A DNA stretch of 64,000 nt, taken from the NCBI GenBank assembly GCA_963817955.1, contig CAWFQK010000002.1:608001-672000 (forward strand), in the 5' to 3' direction. Below, in pieces: positions 50,371 to 64,000 of the stretch. Origin of the DNA: an uncultured Gemmatimonadaceae bacterium. GTDB lineage: Bacteria; Gemmatimonadota; Gemmatimonadetes; Gemmatimonadales; Gemmatimonadaceae. The translations under genes and the position numbers were made by a program. The notes under the pieces were generated by a model. It was not told the origin of the DNA. It saw only the letters and a list, made by a program, of their open reading frames with translations, and ran no database searches. Each line of letters opens with the position of its first letter. Position 1 is the first letter of the stretch.

Positions 50371-51216
50371 CTATCCGCGCCGCGTCCAGATCGCGATCGC
50401 ACCGCAGCGAAGGTCGGGCGCCGCAAACTCAACCGGCATTTCCGAGAGACCGCGGAATACCTCGATTGCCTCCACGGTGTCGAGCGACATGGAGCCAAGC
50501 CCGTCCGTGATCGGGTCCGTACTCCCATGGGTGTCCATTCGATGGCCGTCGACAAACCAGCCGATGCGACACGCCGTAGCCGCCGAACCCGCAAAGCCAA
50601 AATTCATATCAGGACTGCTGCGCGTCATCTGCATCGTCGAAGTAAACCCAGGATTCAGCACCGACAATCCCGGCACGCGCTGAAGGAACTGCCCCAACGA
50701 GCTCACGTTCGCTTTGTCGAGGTCGCTACGATCGTAGTGGAGCCCGAGGCCTAATGCCTTTCGGCTGGCGAAGCCAGGCACCACTGCCGCGCGCTGCTGC
50801 ATCTCTGCTGCCTTGACCGCGCTCGGATCCGGACGAATGTGCTCGATGACGCCAATCTGGTGTTGCGGGTCGCCCGATATCGCGATCGGAACGCGCACGG
50901 TGAGGCGCTCGCCATTGTCGAAATGAATCGGCGCTGACAGTATCGACGTGTAACCCGAACGGACTGCCGCGATCTGGTAAACACCAGTCGTCGTCTTCAG
51001 GTCGAAGTTCCCGAGCGAATCGGTGGTCGCGTGAACGACCGGCGCGTTGGTCGCCGGATCGACGAGCATCACGGTGCCGCGGACGGGTGAACCGGTCGCG
51101 TCGTCGTACAGCACGCCCCGCACTACAACTTGTGCAGTCACCAGGGCAGGAGCCAGGAAGGAGGCGAGAACGACTCCGGCGATCGCCGCCGCGTGTTTGA
51201 TAGAATGGAAGCCCAT
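50371..51216 (-). CDS. Secreted protein: carboxypeptidase-regulatory-like beta-sandwich plus TonB plug-like domain, no barrel
   Basis: Signal peptide; VRGVLYDDATGSPV..V...TTDSLGNF..GVY.I..GY; C-terminal VPGL...WFVDG...VEAIEVFRG..P.EF..CGAIAIWTR; GAGG RBS. Confidence 0.75.
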   Translation of the reverse strand: MGFHSIKHAAAIAGVVLASFLAPALVTAQVVVRGVLYDDATGSPVRGTVMLVDPATNAPVVHATTDSLGNFDLKTTTGVYQIAAVRSGYTSILSAPIHFDNGERLTVRVPIAISGDPQHQIGVIEHIRPDPSAVKAAEMQQRAAVVPGFASRKALGLGLHYDRSDLDKANVSSLGQFLQRVPGLSVLNPGFTSTMQMTRSSPDMNFGFAGSAATACRIGWFVDGHRMDTHGSTDPITDGLGSMSLDTVEAIEVFRGLSEMPVEFAAPDLRCGAIAIWTRRG

Positions 51217-51421
51217 GACGCACCTCGACTCAACGATGGTCACCGGGCCTCATACCGAATTGCGACCTGCAATCCTTCGTGCTCTGCTGGTCCGACCGCG
51301 CCGAGCTCTCGCTCCCGCACCCCGGCCCCACCCCACACGCCGACCCGGTCCCCGCAACATGAACGAGATGCGTGCCACGAACGCGGCCGCATTCACTTTC
51401 TCGATGCAGAATGTGACCGAC

Positions 51422-51724
51422 TCAGCCGTGGCGATGCCCGTTGCGCTTCTTTTCAGGCTGGTTGGGGTTCAGCTCGCGCGGGCTCTGCGCCTGACCTTTT
51501 CGCGCGTGCTGGTCGCGAGTGAGAAGTGTCTTCGGCGGCGCGGCGCCATTCGGCTGACGCGCTCCCCTCGCCGGACGCTGCTCGCCCATCGGACGACCAG
51601 TGTGAGACGTAAACTGCTCTTCGATATTCCGCTCGGCGCGTCGGCCGCGGCCGCCATGCGGATTGCCGCGCTCCGCAAGCTGGTCCTTGAACTGATCGCC
51701 GCGATTCTTCCGGATGTCGCTCAT
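51422..51724 (-). CDS. Small hydrophilic, basic, probably disordered protein (100 aa)
   Basis: GGAGGATTCC-ATG RBS; rich in R/G/Q/N; no hydrophobic core. Confidence 0.6.
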   Translation of the reverse strand: MSDIRKNRGDQFKDQLAERGNPHGGRGRRAERNIEEQFTSHTGRPMGEQRPARGARQPNGAAPPKTLLTRDQHARKGQAQSPRELNPNQPEKKRNGHRHG

Positions 51725-51809
51725 GGAATCCTCCGTGATGAGCGCTCTCTCAGGCAGGCGTCGTGCCCGCGTCGCCCGCGGCGATCGGCCCATGTGTCTC
51801 ATGGATACG

Positions 51810-51845
51810 AAGAACCCCGCCGGTTCGAGACCGGCGGGGTTCTTT
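51810..51845 (-). terminator. Terminator hairpin after rpsG
   Basis: AAGAACCCCGCCGG-N7-CCGGCGGGGTTCTT perfect 14-bp stem. Confidence 0.75.
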
Positions 51846-51864
51846 AGTGCTCGAAAAAACGATG

Positions 51865-52335
51865 CTACCAGCGATAGTGAGCGAATGCCTTGTTTGCGTC
51901 CGCCATGCGGTGCGTGTCTTCCTTTTTCTTTACCGCATTCCCTTCGCCCTTGGACGCGGCGATCACTTCGGCAGCGAGCTTTTCCGGCATCGACTTCTCG
52001 TTGCGATCGCGCGAGTAGTTGATCAGCCAGCGCATGGCCAACGCCGTGCGGCGCTCCGGACGGACTTCCACCGGCACCTGATAGGTGGCACCACCGACGC
52101 GGCGGCTCTTCACTTCAACGACGGGCTTGAGGTTCGCCAGCGCCTGCTTGAAGACGTTGACGCCCGGCTGGTTTGTGCGGCTCTCGACGAGGTCCATAGC
52201 GCCGTAGAAGATGCGCTCAGCGGTCGACTTCTTCCCCTGGAGCATCATGGCGTTGATGAACTTCGAAACAGTCTGGCTGTCATAACGCGCATCCGCGAGG
52301 ATGGGGCGCTTGACGGATCCTTTGCGGCGACTCAC
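51865..52335 (-). CDS. rpsG: 30S ribosomal protein S7
   Basis: [31 protein letters not shown]. Confidence 0.99.
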   Translation of the reverse strand: MSRRKGSVKRPILADARYDSQTVSKFINAMMLQGKKSTAERIFYGAMDLVESRTNQPGVNVFKQALANLKPVVEVKSRRVGGATYQVPVEVRPERRTALAMRWLINYSRDRNEKSMPEKLAAEVIAASKGEGNAVKKKEDTHRMADANKAFAHYRW

Positions 52336-52727
52336 TTCTTACCTCCCGCCGCGCCAGCCTTTGGCTTCTTCGTGCCGTACTTGGAGCGGCTCTGGTTGCG
52401 GCCGTTCACGCCGGAGGCGTCGAGCGAGCCACGAACAATGTGGTAGCGAACACCCGGGAGGTCCTTCACACGGCCACCACGCACGAGCACGATCGAATGC
52501 TCCTGCAGGTTGTGCCCTTCACCGGGGATATAGGCGATAATCTCGAAGCCATTGGTCAGCCGAACCTTGGCAACCTTGCGGAGGGCCGAGTTCGGCTTCT
52601 TGGGCGTGGTGGTGTACACGCGCGTGCACACCCCGCGGCGGAACGGATTCGACTTGAGCGCCGGCGATTTCTCCGTTTTGGGAAGGTCTCGACGGGCGTG
52701 ACGGACGAGCTGATTGATCGTTGGCAT
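52332..52727 (-). CDS. rpsL: 30S ribosomal protein S12
   Basis: [31 protein letters not shown]. Confidence 0.99.
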   Translation of the reverse strand: MPTINQLVRHARRDLPKTEKSPALKSNPFRRGVCTRVYTTTPKKPNSALRKVAKVRLTNGFEIIAYIPGEGHNLQEHSIVLVRGGRVKDLPGVRYHIVRGSLDASGVNGRNQSRSKYGTKKPKAGAAGGKK

Positions 52728-52806
52728 GAATACCGAAAAAAATTCGAACGGGATAGCCCCGTGGCAGCGCTTCCCGCCGACCGAAGGTGGCTGCGGGAGA
52801 ACAAGG

Positions 52807-52835
52807 AAGGTAGATACACGCGTCAAAGCTGTCAA
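52807..52835 (-). promoter_or_regulatory. Sigma70-type promoter of rpsL
   Basis: TTGACA-N17-TACCTT on the minus strand. Confidence 0.7.
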
Positions 52836-52873
52836 CGCGGCAGAGTTTTGGTGCACCTTGCGCCGGTCCCCGA

Positions 52874-52919
52874 CGAAAAACAGGACGGGCGAGCTTTCGC
52901 TCGCCCGTCCTGTTTTTCG
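52874..52919 (-). terminator. Intrinsic terminator after rpoC (symmetric)
   Basis: CGAAAAACAGGACGGGCGAGC-TTTC-GCTCGCCCGTCCTGTTTTTCG perfect stem. Confidence 0.9.
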
Positions 52920-52933
52920 ACATTCGCGACCCC

Positions 52934-57244
<4,311 letters not shown>

Positions 57245-57247
57245 GAG

Positions 57248-60200
57248 TTACTCCTCGCTCCCATTGCCGTTGCCCGAGGTGCCCGTGTCGATGCCGGTTC
57301 CCCAAAATCCATCGACGCTTTGCCCCATCGTGACCTTGATGCCGAGAGCCTGCAATTCCTTCACGAGCACGTTGAACGACTCTGGGATGCCTGGCTCCGG
57401 AAGGTTCTGTCCCTTCACGATGGCCTCGTACACCCGACTGCGGCCGTTCACGTCGTCCGATTTTACCGTCAGAATTTCCTGCAACACGTGCGCAGCACCG
57501 TACGCTTCCAACGCCCACACTTCCATCTCTCCGAAACGCTGGCCGCCGAACTGTGCCTTTCCGGCGAGTGGCTGCTGCGTCACGAGTGAGTAGGGTCCGA
57601 TGCTCCGGGCGTGGATCTTGTCGTCGACCAGGTGGCTGAGCTTGAGCATATAGATCTCGCCAACGGTCACCGGCGACACGAACGTCTCGCCACTGCGACC
57701 GTCGCGCAGACGAACCTTTCCATACGGTGTGAGCCCGGCGAGGCGCATCAGATCCACCGCCGCCGCATCCACATCCGCTTCCGACTTCTTGCCGAGCATA
57801 CCGGCCAGTGCCGGCAGTTCCTGATCGTTCAACAGATCGGCCGGATCGAGCACACGGCGCTTCTCGAGCTGCTTCAGCGCCGCCTTGTATTCGGCACGCT
57901 TGGAGGCGGTCTGTGCTTCATCGTCCGCCCAGACCGTGTGGAATGCGATCTGGTTCTCGATCGCCAACTGCTCGCGCTCCGCCAGCTCCTTCGCCGCCGC
58001 GGCGAGGAAGTCACGAATGCGATGGTGGATGTCGCGCGTCTCCTGCGACATCGCCCGTGCGCCGAGCTCGTTGATCGACGCCGTTTCGAGACGTCTGAAC
58101 CGCTCCTCGTCACGCCGGAGATCAGGCTTGATGTCGGAGAGCAGCACGCGGATATCCGCGTCCGTGATCACCGGCGCCGGCGTGCGGAGCGCAAGCCCCT
58201 GCGCCGCCCACACGACTCCGGCCATCTTCAGCCCGAGTCCGATCTCGCGCTCGTTCGCGCCCTGGAACACCGGCGTCTTGGCGTAGAAGCCGAGCCGCTT
58301 TGCCACCCAACCCAGATGCGTCTCGAGGATCTGTCCCACGTTCATTCGGGACGGAACGCCGAGCGGGTTGAGCACGATGTCCACCGGACGGCCATCGGGA
58401 AGGAACGGCATGTCCTCCTCGGGCACGATGCGGGCGACGATACCCTTGTTGCCGTGGCGACCCGCCATCTTGTCGCCTACCGAGATCTTGCGCTTCTCGG
58501 CAAGGTAGACCTTGACGAGCTGAATGACGCCCGGCGGCAATTCATCAGGCTGCAGGATGCGATCGATCCGCTCCTCGGCCTTCTCCTCGATCTTGGCTTT
58601 CTCTTCGCTCGAGGCGTCGATGATCTGACGCACACGCTCGTTGACACGCTTGGCCTCGACGCGCAGCGTCTTGAGGTCGAGCGTGGACAGGCGCATCTCG
58701 CGCAGCATGGCCGACGTCACCTTCGTGCCCGCCGGAATTGCCTCTTCCACCGTGCCGCTCTTGAGCGCGAGCGCGATGGTCTGGCCGTCGAGGATCTCCA
58801 CCAGTTCGGAGTCGCGGACTTCGTTGACGCGAATCTTCTCGTCGCCCTCGAGCCGGCGGACCTCACCGATGCGCTCGCCGCGGTCCTTTTCCACCACCTG
58901 ATCTTCGATACGTGAGAAGATCTTCACGTCGATGACCACGCCTTCCATGCCGGGCGGCACCTTCAGCGACGAATCCTTCACGTCCTTCGCCTTTTCGCCG
59001 AAAATCGCCGTCAGCAGCTTTTCTTCCGGGGACAGCTCGGTCTCGCCCTTCGGCGTGATCTTGCCGACCAGAATGTCGCCTGGTTTCACGTGCGCGCCGA
59101 TGCGGACGATGCCGCGCTCGTCGAGGTCGAGTAGCGCTTCTTCCGACACGTTCGGAATTTCACGCGTGATCTCTTCCTGGCCGCGCTTGGTGTCGCGGAC
59201 GTGCAGCTCGAGCTCCTGGATGTGGATCGACGAATAGACGTCGTCCTTCACCAGACGCTCCGATAGCACGATCGCGTCTTCGAAATTATGTCCGTACCAC
59301 GGCATGAACGCCACGGTCACGTTCGCGCCCAGCGCCAACTGACCCTGTTCGGTCGCGGCGCCGTCGGCCAGCACGTCGCCGGGATTGACACTCTGGCCCT
59401 GGCGCACGAGAGGGCGCTGGTTGATGGCCGTGTCTTGATTGGTTCTCCAATATTTCTTCAGGCGGTAGCGGTCGTGCTGCGTAAGTCGCGCCAGCGGACG
59501 ATCGCCTGACCCCTCACTTTCCCTCTTCATGACCGGACCGGCATCGACGATGATCTCGTCTGCCGTCACGCGCGACACGATGCCGGCACGGCGTGCGATG
59601 ACAACCGCACCCGAATCCTTGGCGACTTTTTCCTCCAGCCCCGTGCCGACGAGCGGCGTGCGCGGATTGAGGAGCGGCACCGCCTGGCGCTGCATGTTCG
59701 AGCCCATCAACGCGCGGTTGGCGTCGTCGTGCTCGAGGAACGGGATGAGCGCCGCGGCGATCGAGACGAGCTGCTCGGGCGCGACATCCATGTAATCGAT
59801 GCGATCCCTGGCGACGAGCGGCACGTCACCCTGTTGACGGGCGAGCACGAGATCGTCGAGGAATTCGTCGTTCTCACCGAGACGCGAGTTCGCCTGCGCG
59901 ATGATGGCGTCTTCTTCCTTGTTTGCGTCGAGCCAGGCGATCTCGTTGAGCACCCGACCGTTCTTCACGATGCGGTACGGCGTCTCCACGAAGCCGAGGT
60001 CGTTGACGCGCGCGTAGCACGCCAGCGACGTGATCAGGCCGATGTTCGGACCTTCCGGCGTTTCGATAGGGCACATGCGGCCATACTGCGAGTAATGCAC
60101 ATCGCGCACTTCGAAGCCGGCGCGCTCGCGTGTCAGACCACCCGGTCCAAGCGCCGAGAGGCGACGCTTGTGCGTCAGCTCGGACAGCGGATTCGTCTGA

Positions 60201-61858
60201 TCCATGAACTGCGATAGCTGAGACGATCCGAAGAACGCCTGGATCACCGCGCTCACCGTACGCGCGTTGACGAGATCGTCGAGCGAGATCTTTTCCGGAT
60301 CGGTGTTGATCGACATGCGCTCCTTGACCAGGCGCGCCATGCGGGACAAACCGACGGAGAACTGGTTGGCGATGAGCTCGCCCACCGAGCGAATACGGCG
60401 GTTGCCGAGGTGGTCGATGTCGTCCACGTGGCCGCGTCCTTCGTGCAACTCCACGAGGTAGCGGACGATCTCGACGAAATCTTCCTTCGACAACACCGTG
60501 TAATCGGCCGGCATCATCATGCCGAGCCGCTGATTGATCTTGTAGCGGCCAACGCGGCCGAGGTCATAGCGCTTGGGCGAGAAGAAGAGGCGCTCGAGCG
60601 CCTGCTTTGCCGTCGTCGCATCAGGGGCGTCACCCGGCCGGAGCAGCGCATAGATCTGCGACAACGACTCCTTCTCGCTGTGCGTCGGATCCTTGAGCAA
60701 CGTGTTCTTGATCAGCGTCGATTCGGCGCGGCCTGAAGCGACAAATACGCTCACCTTGGTGACGTCGGCCTTACGAATCTTCTTGATCACCGCATCGGTC
60801 AGGTTCTGGCCGACCTCGGCGATCAATTCGCCATCGCTATCGACAACATCGACGGCGAGCTGTCGGCGGACCGGACGCTCCCCGCGTTCGATGGCATCAG
60901 ACTCGTCGCGAAGGTCGATCTTCATGTGCGACGCGAAGACCTTGATCGTATCGATATTCTGACGGCGGAGTCGGTTGAACACCTCTTCCGTCAGTTCGTC
61001 GCCTTCCTTGACGAGCATCACGTTCTCGGACCGCTCGCGCTCAGCCTTCGCCTTCTTGGTCCGCGCCTTCGGCGCGTCCTCGGCGGTGGTTTCACCCGGC
61101 AGCGCAATATCTTCGGCGATGATGGCGCCAATGACTTCGCGCACGTCGGTGCGGCTCTCACGCTTCTTGGTGAGATCCAGATCGCGCGTGGCGAAAAACA
61201 GCCGGAGGATATCCGAGTTGGAGCCGTAGCCGAACGCGCGCAAGAGCGCGGTGGCCGGGAATTTCTTCTTCTTGTCGATATGGACGTAGACGACGTCATG
61301 GATATCGACGGTGAACTCCACCCACGAGCCGCGGAACGGAATGATGCGCGCCGAGATGAGGCGCTGACCGTTCGGGTGCGTGGATTCCTCGAAAACGACG
61401 CCCGGGGAGCGATGGAGTTGGCTGACGATTACGCGCTCGGCCCCGTTGATGACGAAGGTTCCGAGTGGCGTGAGCAGCGGCAGCTCACCGAGATAAACCT
61501 CCTTCTCGATGATATTGCGCGGACGCTTCTGCTCGTTGACCACTTCATTGATGACGAGTTGCAGCGTCGCCTTCAACGGAGCGGAATAGGTCATGTCCCG
61601 CTCGATGCACTCCTCGACGGTGTATTTGGGCTCACCGAGGGAGTAGCGGACGAACTCGAGCGAGAAGTTTTCGTGGACGTCGGTGATCGGGAACAGGTCC
61701 TTGAAGACCCGTTCGAGGCCGATGTCCTCGCGGTCATGGGAAGCCGCATCGAGCTGGAGCAGCGCCTCGAAGGCGCGCGTCTGGATATCCAGGAGGTGGG
61801 GCATTTCCATCCCCTGGTCCAGCTTCCCAAAAGAAATTTGCTTGATCGATTCAGACAT
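57248..61858 (-). CDS. rpoB: RNA polymerase beta subunit (1536 aa, large insertions)
   Basis: SQLHRSPG, SQFMDQTNPL, ETPEGPNIGL, GDKMAGRHGNKG, GGQRFGEME. Confidence 0.99.
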   Translation of the reverse strand: MSESIKQISFGKLDQGMEMPHLLDIQTRAFEALLQLDAASHDREDIGLERVFKDLFPITDVHENFSLEFVRYSLGEPKYTVEECIERDMTYSAPLKATLQLVINEVVNEQKRPRNIIEKEVYLGELPLLTPLGTFVINGAERVIVSQLHRSPGVVFEESTHPNGQRLISARIIPFRGSWVEFTVDIHDVVYVHIDKKKKFPATALLRAFGYGSNSDILRLFFATRDLDLTKKRESRTDVREVIGAIIAEDIALPGETTAEDAPKARTKKAKAERERSENVMLVKEGDELTEEVFNRLRRQNIDTIKVFASHMKIDLRDESDAIERGERPVRRQLAVDVVDSDGELIAEVGQNLTDAVIKKIRKADVTKVSVFVASGRAESTLIKNTLLKDPTHSEKESLSQIYALLRPGDAPDATTAKQALERLFFSPKRYDLGRVGRYKINQRLGMMMPADYTVLSKEDFVEIVRYLVELHEGRGHVDDIDHLGNRRIRSVGELIANQFSVGLSRMARLVKERMSINTDPEKISLDDLVNARTVSAVIQAFFGSSQLSQFMDQTNPLSELTHKRRLSALGPGGLTRERAGFEVRDVHYSQYGRMCPIETPEGPNIGLITSLACYARVNDLGFVETPYRIVKNGRVLNEIAWLDANKEEDAIIAQANSRLGENDEFLDDLVLARQQGDVPLVARDRIDYMDVAPEQLVSIAAALIPFLEHDDANRALMGSNMQRQAVPLLNPRTPLVGTGLEEKVAKDSGAVVIARRAGIVSRVTADEIIVDAGPVMKRESEGSGDRPLARLTQHDRYRLKKYWRTNQDTAINQRPLVRQGQSVNPGDVLADGAATEQGQLALGANVTVAFMPWYGHNFEDAIVLSERLVKDDVYSSIHIQELELHVRDTKRGQEEITREIPNVSEEALLDLDERGIVRIGAHVKPGDILVGKITPKGETELSPEEKLLTAIFGEKAKDVKDSSLKVPPGMEGVVIDVKIFSRIEDQVVEKDRGERIGEVRRLEGDEKIRVNEVRDSELVEILDGQTIALALKSGTVEEAIPAGTKVTSAMLREMRLSTLDLKTLRVEAKRVNERVRQIIDASSEEKAKIEEKAEERIDRILQPDELPPGVIQLVKVYLAEKRKISVGDKMAGRHGNKGIVARIVPEEDMPFLPDGRPVDIVLNPLGVPSRMNVGQILETHLGWVAKRLGFYAKTPVFQGANEREIGLGLKMAGVVWAAQGLALRTPAPVITDADIRVLLSDIKPDLRRDEERFRRLETASINELGARAMSQETRDIHHRIRDFLAAAAKELAEREQLAIENQIAFHTVWADDEAQTASKRAEYKAALKQLEKRRVLDPADLLNDQELPALAGMLGKKSEADVDAAAVDLMRLAGLTPYGKVRLRDGRSGETFVSPVTVGEIYMLKLSHLVDDKIHARSIGPYSLVTQQPLAGKAQFGGQRFGEMEVWALEAYGAAHVLQEILTVKSDDVNGRSRVYEAIVKGQNLPEPGIPESFNVLVKELQALGIKVTMGQSVDGFWGTGIDTGTSGNGNGSEE

Positions 61859-61879
61859 TGTTCACCCGGGCACAGGCGA

Positions 61880-61938
61880 AAAAACGGCCAGGCCCCGGAG
61901 GTCTGCGATTTCAAGAATCGCGACCGTCGGGGCGGCCG
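61880..61938 (-). terminator. Attenuator-like terminator just upstream of rpoB
   Basis: Minus strand CGGCCGCCCCG ACGGTC GCGATT-CTTGA-AATCGC AGACC TC CGGGGC CT GGCCG followed by TTTTTT. Confidence 0.65.
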
Positions 61939-62004
61939 AACTGCACGAATTAGAAGTGATGCGAGAAAAAGTCGCTTTCACGTAGGCGCTCGCAGAAGGA
62001 AGTG

Positions 62005-62098
62005 AGAGGCTAGAGGCTGGACGCTAGTCGCTGGTGAAACGGAGGTGATTCATCTGAACTCCTGCCGCTCGTCCAGCGTCTAGCGTCCAGCGACTAAC
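62005..62098. repeat. Self-complementary heptamer array (rplL-rpoB spacer)
   Basis: GAGGCTA GAGGCTG GACGCTA GTCGCTG ... CCAGCGT CTAGCGT CCAGCGA CTAACGT. Confidence 0.75.
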
Positions 62099-62101
62099 GT
62101 C

Positions 62102-62491
62102 TTACTTCACTTCGACGGTCGCGCCCTGCTCTTCCAGCTTGGCCTTGAGGGAAGCGGCTTCGTCCTTTGAAACACCGCCCTTCACGCTCTGCGGCGCGCC
62201 ATCGACCAAATCCTTGGCTTCCTTCAGGCCAAGACCGGTGATCTCACGCACGACCTTGATGACCTGGATCTTCTTGGCGCCGGCTTCCTTGAGGACGACG
62301 TCGAATTCGGTCTGCTCTTCGGCCACAGGCGCGGCAACAGCGCCGCCAGCCGCGGGCGCACCGCCCATTGGGGCGGCCGAGATGGTGACGTTGAACTTGG
62401 TCTTGAATGCTTCAATCAGCTCGGAGAGTTCGAAGACGGACATGTTGCCGATCACGTCGAGGATCTCGTCCTTGCTCATAGTCGTAGCCAT
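62102..62491 (-). CDS. rplL: 50S ribosomal protein L7/L12
   Basis: [30 protein letters not shown]. Confidence 0.99.
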   Translation of the reverse strand: MATTMSKDEILDVIGNMSVFELSELIEAFKTKFNVTISAAPMGGAPAAGGAVAAPVAEEQTEFDVVLKEAGAKKIQVIKVVREITGLGLKEAKDLVDGAPQSVKGGVSKDEAASLKAKLEEQGATVEVK

Positions 62492-62574
62492 GATGGTAAT
62501 TCTCCTGGTGTTGTGAAAAGTCGGTCAAACGATGGATCGGTCAGGTACTACAACTGTCGGTCGCTGACCGACTT

Positions 62575-63090
62575 TCACGCCCCTTCGCGCTGCGTGCGCA
62601 GCCCGTCGAGCGCTCCTGCGAACATGTACAGCAGGCTGTTCATGGCGCCCGCGAAGGCGGCCATCGGAGCCTGCATGCTGGCGCCCAACTCCGCGAGCAT
62701 TTGCTCGCGCGAGGGCATCGAAGCCAGCTTGGTCACCTGGGCGGGATCGATCGCCTTCCCTTCGAATACTCCGCCCTTTACCACCGGCTTCGCGTCGTTG
62801 GCTTTCGCGAAATCAGTGATGATCTTTGCCGCGCCGATCGGATCCTTCGTAACCACTAGGCCGGTCGGACCGCGCAGCCGCTCGCCCACCAAGCCGCTCT
62901 CGTTCACGGCGCGCAGCGCGAGGGTGTTCTTAATAACGACGTACTCCACGTTCGACTTCCGGAGCGCCCGACGGAGTGCCGTCATGCGCTTCACGTTGAG
63001 TCCCGTGAAATCCGTGTAATAGAGCGCCGTGGCGCCCTCGATTTTCGTCTTCAGCTCGGCGACGAGCTGCTCTTTCTCGGCTCTCTTCAT
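62575..63090 (-). CDS. rplJ: 50S ribosomal protein L10
   Basis: DFTGLNV..M..LR, VIKNTL, LASMPSRE. Confidence 0.97.
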   Translation of the reverse strand: MKRAEKEQLVAELKTKIEGATALYYTDFTGLNVKRMTALRRALRKSNVEYVVIKNTLALRAVNESGLVGERLRGPTGLVVTKDPIGAAKIITDFAKANDAKPVVKGGVFEGKAIDPAQVTKLASMPSREQMLAELGASMQAPMAAFAGAMNSLLYMFAGALDGLRTQREGA

Positions 63091-63093
63091 GTC

Positions 63094-63786
63094 CTAGCCC
63101 CGGTACGGGTTGGTGTCGATCGTGACGCCCGGGCCCATGGTGCTCGACACGGAGACGTTCTGGACGTACACGCCCTTGGCCGCTGACGGCCGGGCACGAA
63201 CGATCTGATCCATGAAGGCGGTGAAGTTGGTCTCCAGCGCCTCGACGCCGAACGAGACCTTGCCGATTGGGGCGTGCACGTTGCCCGCCTTGTCGACGCG
63301 GAACTCGATCTTGCCAGCCTTGGTCTCGCGCACCGCCGTGCCGACGTTGAACGTCACCGTCCCTGCCTTCGGGTTGGGCATCAGTCCGCGCGGTCCGAGT
63401 ACTCGACCGAGTTGACCGAGTTGGCCCATCTGGTCGGGCGTCGCGATGAGGACGTCGAAATCGAGCCACCCATCCTTGATCTTCTGGATGAACTCGACGC
63501 CAACGAAATCCGCACCAGCATCCTGTGCTTCGCGCGCCTTGTCGCCGGCGGCGATCACGAGCACACGCACCGACTTTCCGGTACCGGCCGGCAGCACGAC
63601 CGTGCCGCGCACGACTTGATCGGCGTGGCGGGGATCGACTCCAAGGCGCACCGCGATCTCGACGGTCTCGTCGAACTTGGCGAAGGCCGACTGCTTGACG
63701 ATCTCCAGCGCCTGACGGGGCTGGTAGATCGTGGCGATGTCGCGAAGCTTCGCCGCGTTGTTGTACTTCTTGCCGTGAGCGCGCAT
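63094..63786 (-). CDS. rplA: 50S ribosomal protein L1
   Basis: [39 protein letters not shown]. Confidence 0.99.
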   Translation of the reverse strand: MRAHGKKYNNAAKLRDIATIYQPRQALEIVKQSAFAKFDETVEIAVRLGVDPRHADQVVRGTVVLPAGTGKSVRVLVIAAGDKAREAQDAGADFVGVEFIQKIKDGWLDFDVLIATPDQMGQLGQLGRVLGPRGLMPNPKAGTVTFNVGTAVRETKAGKIEFRVDKAGNVHAPIGKVSFGVEALETNFTAFMDQIVRARPSAAKGVYVQNVSVSSTMGPGVTIDTNPYRG

Positions 63787-64000
63787 CAGTCCACGACCTC
63801 CATCCCCATCGAACGTGCCGCGCCGGCGATCATCGCCATCGCGGACTCGATCGAATCGCAGTTGAGATCCGGCATTTTCAGCTCGGCGATCTTGCGGACC
63901 TGCGCACGCGTGACGCGGCCGATCTTGTTGCGGTTCGGCTGGCCTGATCCCTTCTCGATGCCCGCTTCTTTCTTCAATAGGATCGCCGCAGGCGGCGTCT
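63786..64000 (-). CDS. rplK: 50S ribosomal protein L11, C-terminal part (truncated by the window)
   Basis: [36 protein letters not shown]. Confidence 0.97.
   Translation of the reverse strand, partial: TPPAAILLKKEAGIEKGSGQPNRNKIGRVTRAQVRKIAELKMPDLNCDSIESAMAMIAGAARSMGMEVVD

Noticed and set aside
57734..58216. Intein in RpoB
   Set aside because: No N-terminal Cys/Ser, no His-Asn end and no LAGLIDADG motif; it looks like a helical lineage-specific insertion.
60130..60240. Rifampicin-resistance substitutions in RpoB cluster I
   Set aside because: SQLSQFMDQTNPLSELTHKRRLSALG keeps the usual sensitive-type Q, D, H and S residues.

Overview
A GC-rich bacterial chromosome segment, most likely Gemmatimonadota. 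This assignment is inferred from the alpha2-type GlyRS, the non-canonical EF-Tu switch I, the very long RpoB and the extended ribosomal proteins. The right half (33.2-64 kb, all minus strand) is the core translation/transcription cluster: rplK-rplA-rplJ-rplL-rpoB-rpoC-rpsL-rpsG, then two inserted accessory genes, then fusA-tuf-S10-spc-secY-adk-map. The alpha operon does not follow. The left half holds housekeeping genes (glyQS, ypdA-like, purA, dapA-like, pilT-like, trpS, suhB, ftcD) mixed with accessory genes. Most notable: (1) a Cyc2-like monoheme cytochrome-porin fusion facing away from a lipoprotein and a collagen-like protein with ~150 Gly-X-Y triplets; (2) a TonB-dependent receptor broken only by one in-frame TAG; (3) a family of 7-nt-periodic, self-complementary repeat arrays in intergenic spacers, mainly between translation genes; (4) a ~410-nt structured, terminator-containing leader on a fusA that is uncoupled from rpsG; (5) a promoter-proximal terminator before purA; (6) a CoiA-like nuclease with a large unknown C-terminal region. 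I found no rRNA, tRNA, CRISPR array, transposase or integrase. All calls come from reading motifs by eye; no database searches were run.
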